Part shown: in pieces, positions 13,945-27,933 of the stretch
Layout: every line of letters begins with the position of its first letter
Position numbering within the stretch: the stretch's first letter is position 1
Source: Octopus vulgaris
Lineage: Eukaryota
Assembly (NCBI GenBank): GCA_951406725.2
Contig: OX597822.1
Span: 24,986,001-25,050,000, forward strand
Reading direction: 5' to 3'
DNA: 64,000 bases
Notes under the pieces: generated by a model
Databases searched by the model: none
Seen by the model: the letters and a program-made list of their open reading frames with translations, nothing else
Told to the model about the DNA's origin: nothing
Program-made: the position numbers and the translations under genes

Positions 13945-14760
13945 GACGCAGCGGATTGGCAGAATTGTTTAAGAGTTGGATGAATTGCTTTGTATCATTT
14001 GTTCCGTCTCTTTATGTCGTGAGTTCAAATCCCGTGTCAATACAATACAGTACCAGTGAAATACTTGAATGGAAGTTGTCGGCTAAAACGCTTCCGTCAA
14101 AATTGCTGGCTTTCGGTCTAAATCCGAAACCATTATTTATTTCTTTATTGCCCACAAGGGGCTAAACATAGAGGGGACAAACAAGGACAAACAAAGGGAT
14201 TAAGTCGACTACATCGATCCCAATGCGTAACTGGTACTTATTTAATCGACCCCGAAAGGATGAAAGGCAAAGTCGACGTGGGCGGAATTTGAACTCAGAA
14301 CATAACTGCAGACGAAATACGGCTATGCATTTCGCCCAGCGTGCTAACGACTCTGCCAGCTCGCCGAAGGCGGCGAAGTGGCATAAACGTTAGCACGCCA
14401 GGCGAAATGCGTAGCCGTATTTCGTCTGCCGTTACGTTTTGACTTTGCCCTTCATCCTTTCGGGGTCGATTAAATAAGAACCAGTTACGCACTGAGGTCG
14501 ATGTAATCGACTTCATTTCTTTCCCCAAATTTGAGGCCTTGTGCTTCCAGTAGAAAGGATTATTAGTTAGGTGGCGAATTGGATTGCTTGGCAGTATTTC
14601 CGTATTTACGTTCTGAGTTCAAATTCCACCAAGGTCAACATTGCTTTCGTTCTTGATGAAATAAGTACCAGTTAGAGAACTAGAGTCGATGTAATCGATT
14701 ATCCCCTTCCCTCTCCTTGTGCTTATAGTAGAAAGGATTATTATTATTATTATTATTGAT
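13945..14760. mobile_element. SINE A cluster with a long-tail minus copy (14138-14366) head-to-head with a plus copy (from 14369)
   Basis: Junction CTGCCAGCTCGCCG-AA-GGCGGCGAAGTGGC, with family core on both sides. Confidence 0.85.
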
Positions 14761-15506
14761 ATAACTACCAGATTTAACGAAGGCAAGATATCTATTATTA
14801 CGCACACAGTCTAGTGGCCGAAGATTAGGTTTTAGTATCAGCTCGGGCCACATTCCTGACTACGAAGCCTGTTTTCGCTCACCAACTGTCAGATCTTCAT
14901 TTGACTGCAGTGAAGCCTCTTAGAATAAACACAGATGTTTTATTTTCTTTTTATTGGAAAAATTTACGGAAGAAAAGGGAGAAAAGAGAAAAAGACAGAG
15001 AGAAGGTAAGAGGAGAGGGAATAGCTGTAAGCATTTTGAAGCGAACGCTATTTTCGAGTAGATGTATGTATACGCATCTGTTCGTAATGGACAGAACATT
15101 TGTTGTATTTAATGCTAAATAAGCTTTTAAAGAAAGCCACACCGTTTACATTACGAGGATAACGAAATCGATTCCTAAAATGCCAAAGAGATATATGCAC
15201 TTTATAAAAACGAATCTCAGCAGAAACCTAGGCTGTTCAGTAATGTTTCAGAATTTTGGCCTTTGATCCGTTGAATATCACGTGACTATACCGTGCTATG
15301 TCGGTTTCTGTTGTGTGTGGATGTGTCGGTTAAGAGGTTGAAGTGTATCTCGTAACTACGTAATTCTGTACGCAATTCTCGTTGCATGGCAGGCTCTTTT
15401 GATGCCTTCTACCATAAGCTTTGAGTTGACCAATACCTTGTGAACGAAATCTGATGGACGGAAACTGTTTGGAAGCCTGATTCTCTCTCTCTCTCTCTCT
15501 CTCTCT

Positions 15507-15562
<56 letters not shown>

Positions 15563-15734
15563 ATGTGTGTATGTGTACATGTGTAGGCACACGTGATTTC
15601 ACGTTCAATACCACTGCGTGGCACTTAGGCTAGCGTCTTCTACTACAGCACCAGATCGATTAATGCTTTGTGTGAAAACTGTATGGAAGCTCGTCGCCAT
15701 TACATATATACATACATACACACAAACACACACA

Positions 15735-15801
<67 letters not shown>

Positions 15802-15869
15802 AAGAATTTTTTGCGTAATGAGATAAAAAAACAAGGCTGTATAGATACTAGAACATTTATAGATAAAAG

Positions 15870-15922
15870 GTCTTACAGCTGTTTCTAGGATATTAATTAA
15901 TAATATTCCTTCATCGGAGACG
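15870..15922 (-). ncRNA. Minimal type I hammerhead-like motif (Penelope pLTR type)
   Basis: Minus strand: GUCU-CCGAUGA-AGGA(AU-rich)UCCU-A-GAAAC-AGCU-GUA-AGAC. Stem I is GUCU/AGAC, stem III is palindromic, and the core has U4C. Confidence 0.6.
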
Positions 15923-16376
15923 GTGTGAGAGGATGGTTAAGTCATAGTTAGTTTAGATGTGATACAAAATAGAGAGTGAGGTGGGGGAAAGAAAACAGAT
16001 GCAAGATATGTAGGGATATTGAAGTTGTAGATCCATTTTTTTAGGTAGAATGATATATGTAGGATTCCAGTACATATATACACACACAGGAACATACACA
16101 CACACACAAACACACACACACACACACGCATGTTTGCGTGTCTGTTTGTGTTTCTGCTTGTCTTTTCACAGCTTGATAACCGGTGTTGGTGTATCTACTC
16201 GCAACTAAAAAAGCCCAATAGAATAAGTACCGAACTTAGGATTATATAGTGGTGCAGATCTGTTCGACTAGCTCTACAAGGATGGAGGGTGGGGGATGTC
16301 CAGTATGGCCACTGAGTGGAACAAGTAAAAGAAAGAAAAAAAACAACAAAAGAATTAGCAAACTAAGAACTGAATA

Positions 16377-16508
16377 TGGCACACAACTTAGAACTAGCTT
16401 ATAACAAGGTGTGGTTACCTAGATACATGAGATATGAAAAAAGCAGACAACCAGAGTTGTGTATGTTTTAGATTTGTGCTATTAGAAGCTAGTTCTGAAG
16501 TTATGCCA
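16377..16508. mobile_element. Small MITE-like element with ~27-bp imperfect terminal inverted repeats
   Basis: TGGCACACAACTTAGAACTAGCTTATAA versus TGGCATAACTTCAGAACTAGCTTCTAA (reverse complement of 16482-16508). Confidence 0.5.
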
Positions 16509-17589
16509 CCAAAATTTAATTCGTAAAGAGATAAAAGCATTCAAAGTATAAATAAAAAATAATTAATATTTTAAAGATAATGAACAAAATGGCGGCTAAA
16601 AGGAATGTTGCTGTATATTTTGATTGGTTGACTGAGTCGGTGTTAGTCGTTAGCAACTATTTTAATCAAAGCTGGAATTTTTGTGAGCGATAAGGGGGTG
16701 GTGGCGGTGAGTTGGTAGAGTCGTTAGAGCGTCGGCAAAAGGTATCATGTGGAATTTAGTTTCGGTCCTTTAGATTCTGAGTTCAAATCTCACAACGATC
16801 AATTTTTACCTTTCGGCTTTCGGCTTTCTCAGATTGGACAACTGCTTCCAGTTTTGGCACAAGACTAGCAGTCATAGGGGTGGGGCTAAGTCGATTCCAG
16901 TGACCACCATGCTCAACGCGTACTTAATCTATCGACCTCAAAAGAACGAAAGGCAAAGTCCACCTTAGCACCGCTTAAACTCAAAAAGTAAAGCCAGAAG
17001 AAATGCTAGAAGAATTGTCCCGTGTTCTAACGATTCTGCGAGCTCGCCATCTTCTCAGAATTGAACGTCCGAAGAAATACTATGGAGTATTTATCTCGGC
17101 TTTTTATATTCTGGGTCGAAATTCTTCCGAGGCCAACTTTGCTTTTTATTCCTCCAGGGTCGATAATGTAAAGTTCCAGTGCAGATACTAAGTATCGATG
17201 GTGTCGAATGAACCTTTCCACTCAGGATTACTGGCCTTTGCTTCTAAATAAGAAGCATTTTTTTAATTCTGCAATTTCCGTTTCTAATTCAGAGATAAAT
17301 TATTGCTTCAAATTATATACATACGCCATCATATACAGAGCAACCATCAACACCATATAATGATACATAAATCTTATACAGATTAACGTTGTTAATGTCG
17401 TTGTTGTTGCTAGTGGGAGTGGTGTTACTATGCTACTGTTATTGTTGCTGTTGGTGGTGATGGTGGTGGTGGTGATGCTGTTACTACTGTTACATGAATT
17501 CGCCTATTTTGTAGGAATGTAAAAGGAAATATATACATATATGCGTGTGTGAGTGTGTATGTATGCATGTATATATTCTTTTCTTTCTT

Positions 17590-17967
17590 TTATTCTTTAA
17601 CTTCATTCAGTCATTTGACTGTGGCCATGCTGGAGCACCGCCTTTAGTCGAACAAATCGACCCCAGGACATAATTTTTGTAAGCTTAGTACTTAATCTAT
17701 TGGTCTCTTTTGCCGAACCGCTACGTTACGGGGATGTAAACACACCAACATCGGTTGTCAAGCGATGGTGGGGGGATAAACACAGACACACAAATACTTA
17801 ATTCACACACACATATACGATGGGCTTCTTTCAGTTTCCGTCTATCAAATCCACTCACAAGGCTTTGGTCGGCCCGAGGCTATAGTAGAAGACACTTGCC
17901 CAAGGTGCCACACAGTGAGACTGAACCCGAAACCATGTGTTTGGGAAGCAAGCTCCTTACCCCACAG
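17590..17967 (-). mobile_element. SINE family B, near full length
   Basis: Reverse complement of the family B consensus, including CACCTTGGGCAAGTGTCTTCTACTATAGCCTCGGG. Confidence 0.85.
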
Positions 17968-18120
17968 GATCAAAACAGTTTCAATTCATATTCCCACTGG
18001 GTGAAGATTAGCATCACGCTTGAAACTCGGAGTATTAACGATTTTGAATCAAACTACTTTGATCCATACATGTAACTCCCAATGTGTTGAGTGCCCTACT
18101 TTCGTTTGTTCACTCACTCG

Positions 18121-18173
<53 letters not shown>

Positions 18174-18286
18174 GCATACATACAAACATACATAATACAT
18201 ACATACATATATACATATACAACCCAGCAGCTATCCGTAAACAAGCTTCCAGCACTATATAAATAGACACACACATATCATATATA

Positions 18287-18363
<77 letters not shown>

Positions 18364-18487
18364 TCATATATATTTGTACAAGGAGAAAGAACGAGAGATA
18401 GACATTTATATAAATACATATATACATATATTTGTGTGTGTGTGTGTGTGTATATTTATATATATATATATATCCATACATACATAA

Positions 18488-18579
<92 letters not shown>

Positions 18580-18665
18580 CATAGTATATAAAACTTATAC
18601 ACACATATTAGGAGAGTGGGAAGAAAGAAGTAATGAGAGAGTGAGAGAAACAGAGGGAGAGAGAA

Positions 18666-18698
<33 letters not shown>

Positions 18699-18821
18699 AA
18701 GTGGAAAAGGATATTGCAAGTGACTACATTTGACAACGACACTTCTCCAATTTTGATGGATCTGATTGTCGATAAGAAAAGGGGACTGTACATCTTTCCT
18801 TTGTCGTGAGCTAAAAGAAAT

Positions 18822-18866
<45 letters not shown>

Positions 18867-19347
18867 ATATAAGTAAAATATAAGTAAAAGATGGCTGCCA
18901 AATTTACAAGTTCATGTCCTAATAAACTCCGGCACAAGACAATGCCATCGATGCTATTTCGTGCTCCCACCCCCAGCCTTCCTTTCTTCCCTAATCAGTG
19001 GGACATCAACTCTATTTTTTCTTTCGTGCACCAATTGATTTTCGTCCATACACAAACGCATCTACAACGACGCACACTACACGGCAGAATCAATGACAAC
19101 AACAACAATAACAACAACTGCAGCACCACCACCACCACCAACTACAACAACAATAATAATAATAATAATTTATAGAGAAATATGTTGTACACCTGTTTTT
19201 AGAAATTACTCTGAACAGACCAGAAGTTATCTTCTGATCGTGACAGGCACAGTGGAGGTGATATGTTTTCGTCCCTTTGCTCAAAAGAAAGTATCGCTCT
19301 CACAGTGTGAACTAAATAGTAAATACACACACACACACGCACGTACG

Positions 19348-19397
<50 letters not shown>

Positions 19398-19650
19398 CAT
19401 ATATATATATATATACACACACGTACATACACACATATATACTATTACAAATAATTTTTCCCTTTTCCTATATTCCGACCTCTGTGCCTCCATACATATG
19501 CACCTATCATATATCATATATATATATATATACATACAAAAATACACACACACACACACATACGCACGTTTGTGTGTGTATGTATGTGTAGATATATGTA
19601 TACATGTGTGCTCGCGCGTGTATATATACATCTATACATCTATACATACA

Positions 19651-19744
<94 letters not shown>

Positions 19745-20625
19745 AAATAGACATGAACTTTTCATTGGTGCTATTGAAAAAGGAGATAAACAGATGTTTG
19801 TCAAGCTGAGATTATGACTAGAGCCGGTGTTTCGAATCTTGATGGATGTAAGTACATTTCTCTTAAACTGCTACTTATTTGAGAAGAACGTAGATACCTC
19901 TCGAATATCAACCAAAGAAGGAATCAACATGGCCGCAAGACTGTTAGAAATTGCACTCGAATCCCCCTCAAGTTATTCCCTTCTCTCTTAAAGAAATGAA
20001 ATTACACCATAGCTAACGAAGTCTAGAAAAAATGAAATGGTCATTCCTGGTACGCCTTTGACCATATGTCTTTTTGGGTTGAGACATATAAACCTATGTA
20101 TAGAATATGACATACTTCTTTATGATTTTAACCATGTTTTTGTTATAGCACTTTTCGCAAAAATGGTAACATATTTAATATATATTAAACCAGGAAATCA
20201 TACATAAGAATAGTTACATGTACATAGCAGAAATACAGGTAATAAGTAAAACTATTCGTTCAGACGGTGGGACTCGTGGGAATGTTTTCATGTTTAAGTT
20301 GCATAACAAATATAGTAAGATACTGAATAATTTTATAGCCCTGGGAGCAACAGAGACCGGAAGTGTCTCTCTTTAGGGACTCACTTAGTCTTTTTTAATC
20401 ACTTTTGGATGTTGGCCAATGATTTCCAAAATACACTTTGAAGAAATTTGGCCATATATTGTTATAGTACACGCAAATCTCTCGCTGTTAAATGATCGTG
20501 CAATCTCTGGGAACAAAATTATCTATGATCAAAGTAGCTCTAGTCGTTATCCCATCTTTTTATATTTATATCAGGGACTACATTGTTTATTAATATTATT
20601 GTATTGTCTTTTATTATTATTATTA

Positions 20626-20698
<73 letters not shown>

Positions 20699-20910
20699 CA
20701 TCATTAATCCTTTTATTAAAACGGTAGGGAATGATCACCGACAGAGGTGGCTACCATTTCTTGACGATAACGTAGTTGCCTTCGAGGCTCATTCATATCT
20801 AGTATTTGCTTTAGTTTATGCAACAGTCGGAAATAGGGGCTAAAAATTCTGGGTACGTTACTTGCGTCTTTTCCAGGGAGCATATATCTTCCGTATCCTT
20901 AATACTAGAG

Positions 20911-21229
20911 TAGTGCTTTTCAATGTTTTGCATTTCGTGGAACACTCAAAATCAAATAATAATAATAATAATAATAACAATAAATTTCTGGCGCCCATCG
21001 CATGGTTATTTAAAAAACATTTATTGTGAAAAAGCTCTATGAAAAATATATAAAACTACTGCATATCCAGTTTCATTAATCATACTTGTGCATAACAAAA
21101 TCGCGCGCATTAAATTCTGAAGCACGTAAGCTAATTTAATATAAATCATCTAAAGCCTTTTACCATATATTCTTAAAATTCTACAACGCACTTATGTATT
21201 TCTGACGTTGCTTCGTTTCAGAAGCAATG
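20911..21229. mobile_element. hAT (Charlie-like) MITE
   Basis: Ends TAGTGCTTTTCAA...TTCAGAAGCAATG resemble CAGTGCTTCTCAA-type TIRs. 8-bp TSD TACTAGAG (20903-20910) / CACTAGAG (21230-21237) is typical of hAT elements. Confidence 0.65.
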
Positions 21230-21527
21230 CACTAGAGAAGTCGAACTTAAAACAAAAGCTGTTTTAAACACTTGAAATTTGTGAAATGATAAGATTTTTA
21301 ATTCAATTTTTGATACGTGTAACGTCTATGTTGTTGCTTTTAAAACCCTGTGTTTGTCTTAAGCCGACCATAATATCATTTTAAAACGGTGAAAGGTTCT
21401 CATTAAAGACAATATAGACTGCTCCGCTAGATATCTTAATGTAAATACTGTCAAAATATAAGATTAGTATATTAGTAGCTAAGTAAATTATTCAAAGTAG
21501 TTATTTCCACTGCATTCTAGCTATAAA

Positions 21528-21594
<67 letters not shown>

Positions 21595-21814
21595 GATACT
21601 GGAGATTATTACGTAGTTGACATCAATCAACAACGTATATAAAGCTAGCAGAAATAGGCACGTAAAACTAACATAAAGAAATCAATAACATCTTTCGTCT
21701 GTCGTTGTTTTTAGCTGAAGTTTCGTACTAACGTCCGTTCAAATGGAGACAAAGAAAGGACATAATGCTTAGCTAAGAGAGAAAGGGTGAAAAGTGAAAC
21801 CTAGAAAGAGAGGG

Positions 21815-21869
<55 letters not shown>

Positions 21870-22297
21870 AGAACGAGAAGAGAGGAAGGAAGAAAACGAA
21901 AGATCAAAATAGCTCAGGTGATTATATGTGGAATTTGATCGATCACCAGGTATTAGGGTCTAAATCAGAGAATTTAAATTGCTTGTCTTATGCAAATTCA
22001 AAGTGACTGTGTCCTCTTGCCATCTGTTGTACGTCTTACTCTTATGTTATTAGCCACCATCGAAAGGTGGTGGTGATGCAGGTTGTGATTAGATTAAGCC
22101 ATTTTCTAGCATCAACTTTACAGTTTTTGTCTTGCCTTCATGCTGTTGACAAATCTCTCTTTTGAGGCATGATACGTACTCCCTTGCACATATACATAAA
22201 CACACACACGTATGTATGTATCTATGCATATATATATACTTATGTATTTATATATATTTATACATATAACTGTATGTATTTATGTATTTATGCATAT

Positions 22298-22344
<47 letters not shown>

Positions 22345-22346
22345 CA

Positions 22347-22530
22347 TATCGCTAGCCACTACACATTCTCTATTTTCTCTCCTTGTTTCTTTCTGTGTTC
22401 CTTTCTGTGGAAGAGCGTAGGCTCGAAACGTTAAAGATTTTTTCACTTTCCGAATGTTATACTAATACATCTATTTGTTGTCTACACCACCTATCTTCGT
22501 CTTTTGTTTTTTTTTTTGTGAATTTTCCCT
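22347..22530 (+). mobile_element. Penelope pLTR-like repeat containing a hammerhead-like motif (22401-22436)
   Basis: Highly similar to 45505-45686 and related to 58470-58633. Motif CUUU-CUGUGGA-A-GAGC-GUAG-GCUC-GAAAC-GUU-AAAG. Flanked by (TA)n. Confidence 0.65.
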
Positions 22531-22540
22531 ATATATATTT

Positions 22541-22965
22541 ATAAAGAAATCAGAAAATGGAGAAGTATTGATGAACAACAATTGACTTACATCAATTGTT
22601 ATATATTAATTGAATGCAGATAGACTGCATCCCTTCTAACAGCTGTTTCTGCTTCCAGTATTATATATGGTATTGGCATTGATATGCAAAAATATGTAAA
22701 AATATTAATCATATTTGGTAATAAAACCGATCTGAAACAAGGAGCTACATTAGAGTGAAGAATAAATAAAGAAGACGAGCATAGAGAAGAAAAAGGGAAA
22801 AAGTTGAATATGGTTGCGACCATACCATTTTGCTTGTGTGTCTCATTGGAAGCAGAAACAGTTGTTAGATGGGATGGAGTATATGTGCATTGAATTAATA
22901 AATAATAATTGGTCTAAGTTAATTGCTATTCATCAGTACTTCTCCATTTTCTATTTTCTTTAAAT
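22541..22965. repeat. Long imperfect inverted repeat (arms ~22541-22660 and ~22843-22965)
   Basis: AGAAAATGGAGAAGTATTGATGAA...CTAACAGCTGTTTCTGCTTCCA matches the reverse complement of the right arm. Each arm carries GAAACAG(C/T)TGTT. Confidence 0.8.
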
Positions 22966-23138
22966 GTTGATTCTTGATAAACCCATGTTTATCCTTTTCT
23001 TAACCTACATATTATGAACGTAATATGTTTGCATATATATAGGCCCATGGTTAAATATATGTAATATACCGGTAGTGTAATGGATAATTCTATCCCTTAG
23101 ACGGTTATTTTGACATCTAACTCAACTAATCTTATACA

Positions 23139-23225
<87 letters not shown>

Positions 23226-23588
23226 ATGTGTATATATACACTTACGTATTTATATATATTTATACATGTAACTATGTGTGTGAGTGTATATATATATATA
23301 TATATTTGTATATATGCATGCATATTGTATGTATATGTGTATGTGTTCGCGAGTAGACATACGTACGTATCTATACACGCACGTGCACACACATATGAAA
23401 CTACGTATACATATATATATATATATATACGTATATATATACATGTATATATATACATACATATATATATACATGTATATACATACATATACATATGTAT
23501 ACATACTTGTATATGTATATGTGTATGCATGTGTATTCGTATACTTTTGTATGTGTGTATATGTATGTATGTATGTAAGCATATACAT

Positions 23589-23623
<35 letters not shown>

Positions 23624-24967
23624 CTTTTAAAATAACCATCACTGATATGAGTGAGTTCAAAAGGCTGTTAGAGATGGCCAAGATAGTTAAAGTGCTGATA
23701 AAATTTAGTTGGGTTCCTATCGGTCGGTTACGTGTTGAAATCTCGTAGACGTTGAATTTTGCCTTTCATCTCTCCCATGTTGATAACGTAAATATCAGTA
23801 AATAGTAGATAATGGCGAATATAGCCGGGTTAAGCCAATGGAGAGTAACTCTCCCGCACAACAGGCCCACGTATGGTTGTGTGGTTTAATGTTTAAGAAG
23901 TTCGTTTCGCAACTCACGGCGTTTCGGGCTCAATTCCACTGAGCGACAGATTTGGTACGTATACTCAGATTCTTCATTAAGTACGTAAATTGATTTTGTG
24001 AAATGAATTATGTTTTGTCTTTTTACTTGTTCCAGTCATTGGACTGCGGATACGCTGGTGCACCGCCTTGAAAGAGGTTTTATTGGTGTCACATGCAGAA
24101 CCTCTAAGCTACAGGGACGTAAACAAACCAATACCGATTGACAAGCGGCTGTGGACCACAAACACACACATACACACTCTCACACGTATACAAGACAGTC
24201 TTCTTTCAGTTTTTATCTGCCATATCCACTCAGAAGTCTTTGGTCTGCCCGGGGTTATAGAAGATACTTCCTCAAAGGGACCACACGGAATTGAACACAG
24301 AACTATGTGGCCGGAAAACAAACTTCTTACCACATAGAAACGTCAATTGGGGAGCTCGTCAATTTGGCTAAACAATTATTCATTCCAGTTTTGAAAGTTG
24401 TTAACAAATTACTGCTAGAATTTTGCTTAAGCGTTTCACTTTGCAACTAGGAGTGTTGTGGGTTCGAATTTATTTTGCGACACATTCGATAACTGTCCTT
24501 AGATTCCCCACAAAATGTCTGATTTAATTTTGTCAAATAATTCTTATTTTTGTTAAATGTCGCTAACAATCAGCGCAAAGGATTCAATTAAGAGGTTCGT
24601 TTGCAATTAAAAAGGGGTTTCAGGTCAGATTATGTAGTACAACACGCTCGATAAGTATCCTCAGATTCCCCGTTACGAACGGGAGATTATCGTAATATAA
24701 TTTTGTGAAATTAATTCTTAATTTCTTAAAGTTATCTCCCTTTTGTTTTGAGGATTGTTAACAAATGCATCCAGGGTATGGATTTCGTTCTCCAACAGCG
24801 AGATAATCTTGCATATATGAGTAACTGTTGGCCTTTCATTGAAAAGCAAAAGAAAAAGAAATGCCCTGATCTGTGTCTTGGCGTTTTGGAAAGAAACATT
24901 CAGATGCCATGAGACGTACAAAGGTCTCCAATATATGCATACATACACACACATATATATATATGTA

Positions 24968-25104
<137 letters not shown>

Positions 25105-25184
25105 TATACATATACACACATATACAAAAAGACCCGCACAAACTTACATATGAAACACAGCTACACATATACATACATACACAC

Positions 25185-25249
<65 letters not shown>

Positions 25250-25574
25250 TGTGTGTACACGGGTACACACACGTATACTAACGGCTAACTTTTTCTCTCC
25301 ATACACTACAACTGTGACATTTAACAGGTTTTATGGATACAGGTTGAAATTAAAAACTATTGATTTTCTTGTTAAGTGAGGTTATTGTTATTGAGATAGA
25401 CAGAGAGAGAGAGAAACAAGGGAGAGAGAGCTCGGGTGATAAAGTGCAGAAGATATAAGAGGTGACAGAAGAAAAAGATGATCAAAAAGAAGATGAATAA
25501 AATAATGATGATGAAGTTTTAGACAGATGAAGAAAAAGAAGAAGGGTAAGAGGAAGAAAAAGAAAAAGAAGCAG

Positions 25575-25610
<36 letters not shown>

Positions 25611-26611
25611 AAGAAGAAGAAGAAGAAGAAGAAGAAGAAGAAGAAGAAGAAGAAGAAGAAGAGATAAGATGAAGACGTTCTGGTAATGATCCGAAAACGT
25701 TAACCACAAGGCCACGCGCCTCCACTGTTCAAGGTATTTTTAATGGTTACGGCAAACCCCCTCTAATATTTACAAATCTCGATATGCATTTTCACAATAA
25801 ACGTCCGATATCTACTTATCTAAATCATATTAGTAACACAAAGCATCAAACAATGAAACATTAGCTACTTAAAGAGACCCTTGTCATCTGTCTAACTTTA
25901 ATAGTACCACATCAGTAGCCGTGCAAAATGTGGGAGGTTTTTCTGCCGCACCCTGCATGCAGTAGTCAAGATTGTTAGTTACTGTAATTCTCACTTGACA
26001 CTAATCTGTCACGTTAATCTGTCTCACTATTGGTTTTACAAATAAACAATATCACATTGATGGTTGTGATATTTGCTATTGGTGCTGTTGTTAATAAGCC
26101 TCAGGAGAGTGCTGATTGAGTAAAATTTCTGGTTACCTTGAGGCTTTTAATTTCTGATGATGAATAAGATAAGTGTGCTGTTGCGACATACTTCATCATG
26201 TCTAGGATATTTTAAAACCTGGTAGAGCCTATCGCTATCGCTCACCAGTTCTAAACACAGCCGATATCTGAGAGAAAGAGAGGGGGAAGGTGGGGGAGAG
26301 GTAAGGGAGAGAGAAAAATATGTAAACGAGAAAAAAAAAGGAGAAAAGGGATAAAAGATAATAATTGTGTGGATAAAGAAAAAAAAACCAAACAGGCGAG
26401 TGCTATGGTCAAAAGCGTTCCACTCGTGACCATCTTGTTTCCTTTCTCTACTTTGTAAAAGAGTAACGAGTAGTCACATTATCGATTGTGACTTTTTTTA
26501 AGATTATAAAAAACGTGTGTGATTAAAGGGGGGTTTTGGCTGTTGCCGTTATCATTGATGAAGGCAGCATTCTTAATTGACCTTAATTAAAGACATTAGT
26601 TGTCGAGAAGA

Positions 26612-27110
26612 AGGCGGCGAGCTAGCAGAGTTGTTAACACGCCGGACAAAATGCGTAGTAGCAAACTTTTCGTCCGTCTGTATGTTCTGCGCTCAAATTC
26701 CACCGTCTGTATGTTCTGCGCTGAAATTTCCCCGAGGTCGACTTTGCCTTTCATCCTTTCGAGGTCGATAAAATAAATACCTATTTCTTTACTACCCACA
26801 AGGGGCTAAACACAGAGATAACAAACAAAGACAGACAAACGGATTAAGTCGATTACATCGACCCCAGTGCGTAACTGGTACTTGATTTATCGACCCCGAA
26901 AGGATGAAAGGCAAAGTTGACCTCGGTGGAATTTGAACTCAGAACGTAACGCCAGACAAAATACCGCTAAGCATTTCGCCCGGCGTGCTAACGTTTCTGC
27001 CAGCTCGCCGTTAAAATAAATACCACTTGAACACTGGGGTCGATGATATCATTTTACCGAGCCCCACTCCCCGAAATTGTTGTCCTTGTGCCTAAATTCG
27101 GATTCTAATA
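26612..27110. mobile_element. SINE A (+) interrupted by a long-tail SINE A (-, 26782-27011)
   Basis: 13-bp TSD TAAAATAAATACC at 26769-26781 and 27012-27024. The host copy resumes after the TSD. Confidence 0.9.
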
Positions 27111-27869
27111 GAATGCTTGTTATTCATCATTAACGGATTAACTCGACACGAATGTCTTTTAAAATTGTCATCAAGGAAAAACAAATAAATAAATAAATAA
27201 ATCGCACCCATTTTCTCAAAACAATAAGTAAAACGAGCTGAAATAAAAACGGCGGCGGTGGTGGTGATTGTAGTGGTGTGGTGATGTGTTATGGCGTAGG
27301 AGGTAACCAATTCGGGATTCCAAATCCTTTTTGCAGTATCATGAAAGCAAATATTTGTGACGTCTGCTTTACGAATAAATGAACCCGCTAGTATTTATAG
27401 GGTTTCATGAAGGGCAAATGTCACTTTAACTGTTATTTCCGTTCTAATACTTCCGTTAAATCGTTACTGTAAATATCATTATAAACTGACTGTAATTTTA
27501 CAGGCATTTTTCAACTGCTCTATAAACAATAAAACATAATTCAATGTTGACATATACAAGTAAGTGTTACAGACAGCGACGTTCTACTTGTAAAATCTGC
27601 AGGCCGGTTTCGATTTCCTATAGGAATGTTTTCGTTGACGCCCTAATGTTTTGTTTTTTTTTTTGTTACCGTCAATGCAATGATAATTGTCATCCACATC
27701 ACCAATTTATAAGGTACGGTATCTAATCCTTTCCTTTTCTCACCTTGTACCCTTAACCCCTTGGTGGAATTAAAGAAGGGCTCCCGCGATATACGGCGTG
27801 TCTTAAGCACTGGGGCATTTCAGAATCTGGCAGAGTCCCTTTTTCTCTAGCTTTTACTACCACTGACAT

Positions 27870-27933
<64 letters not shown>

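Noticed and set aside
26674-26731. 29-bp tandem duplication inside a SINE A head
   Set aside because: Single-copy local duplication with no further significance.
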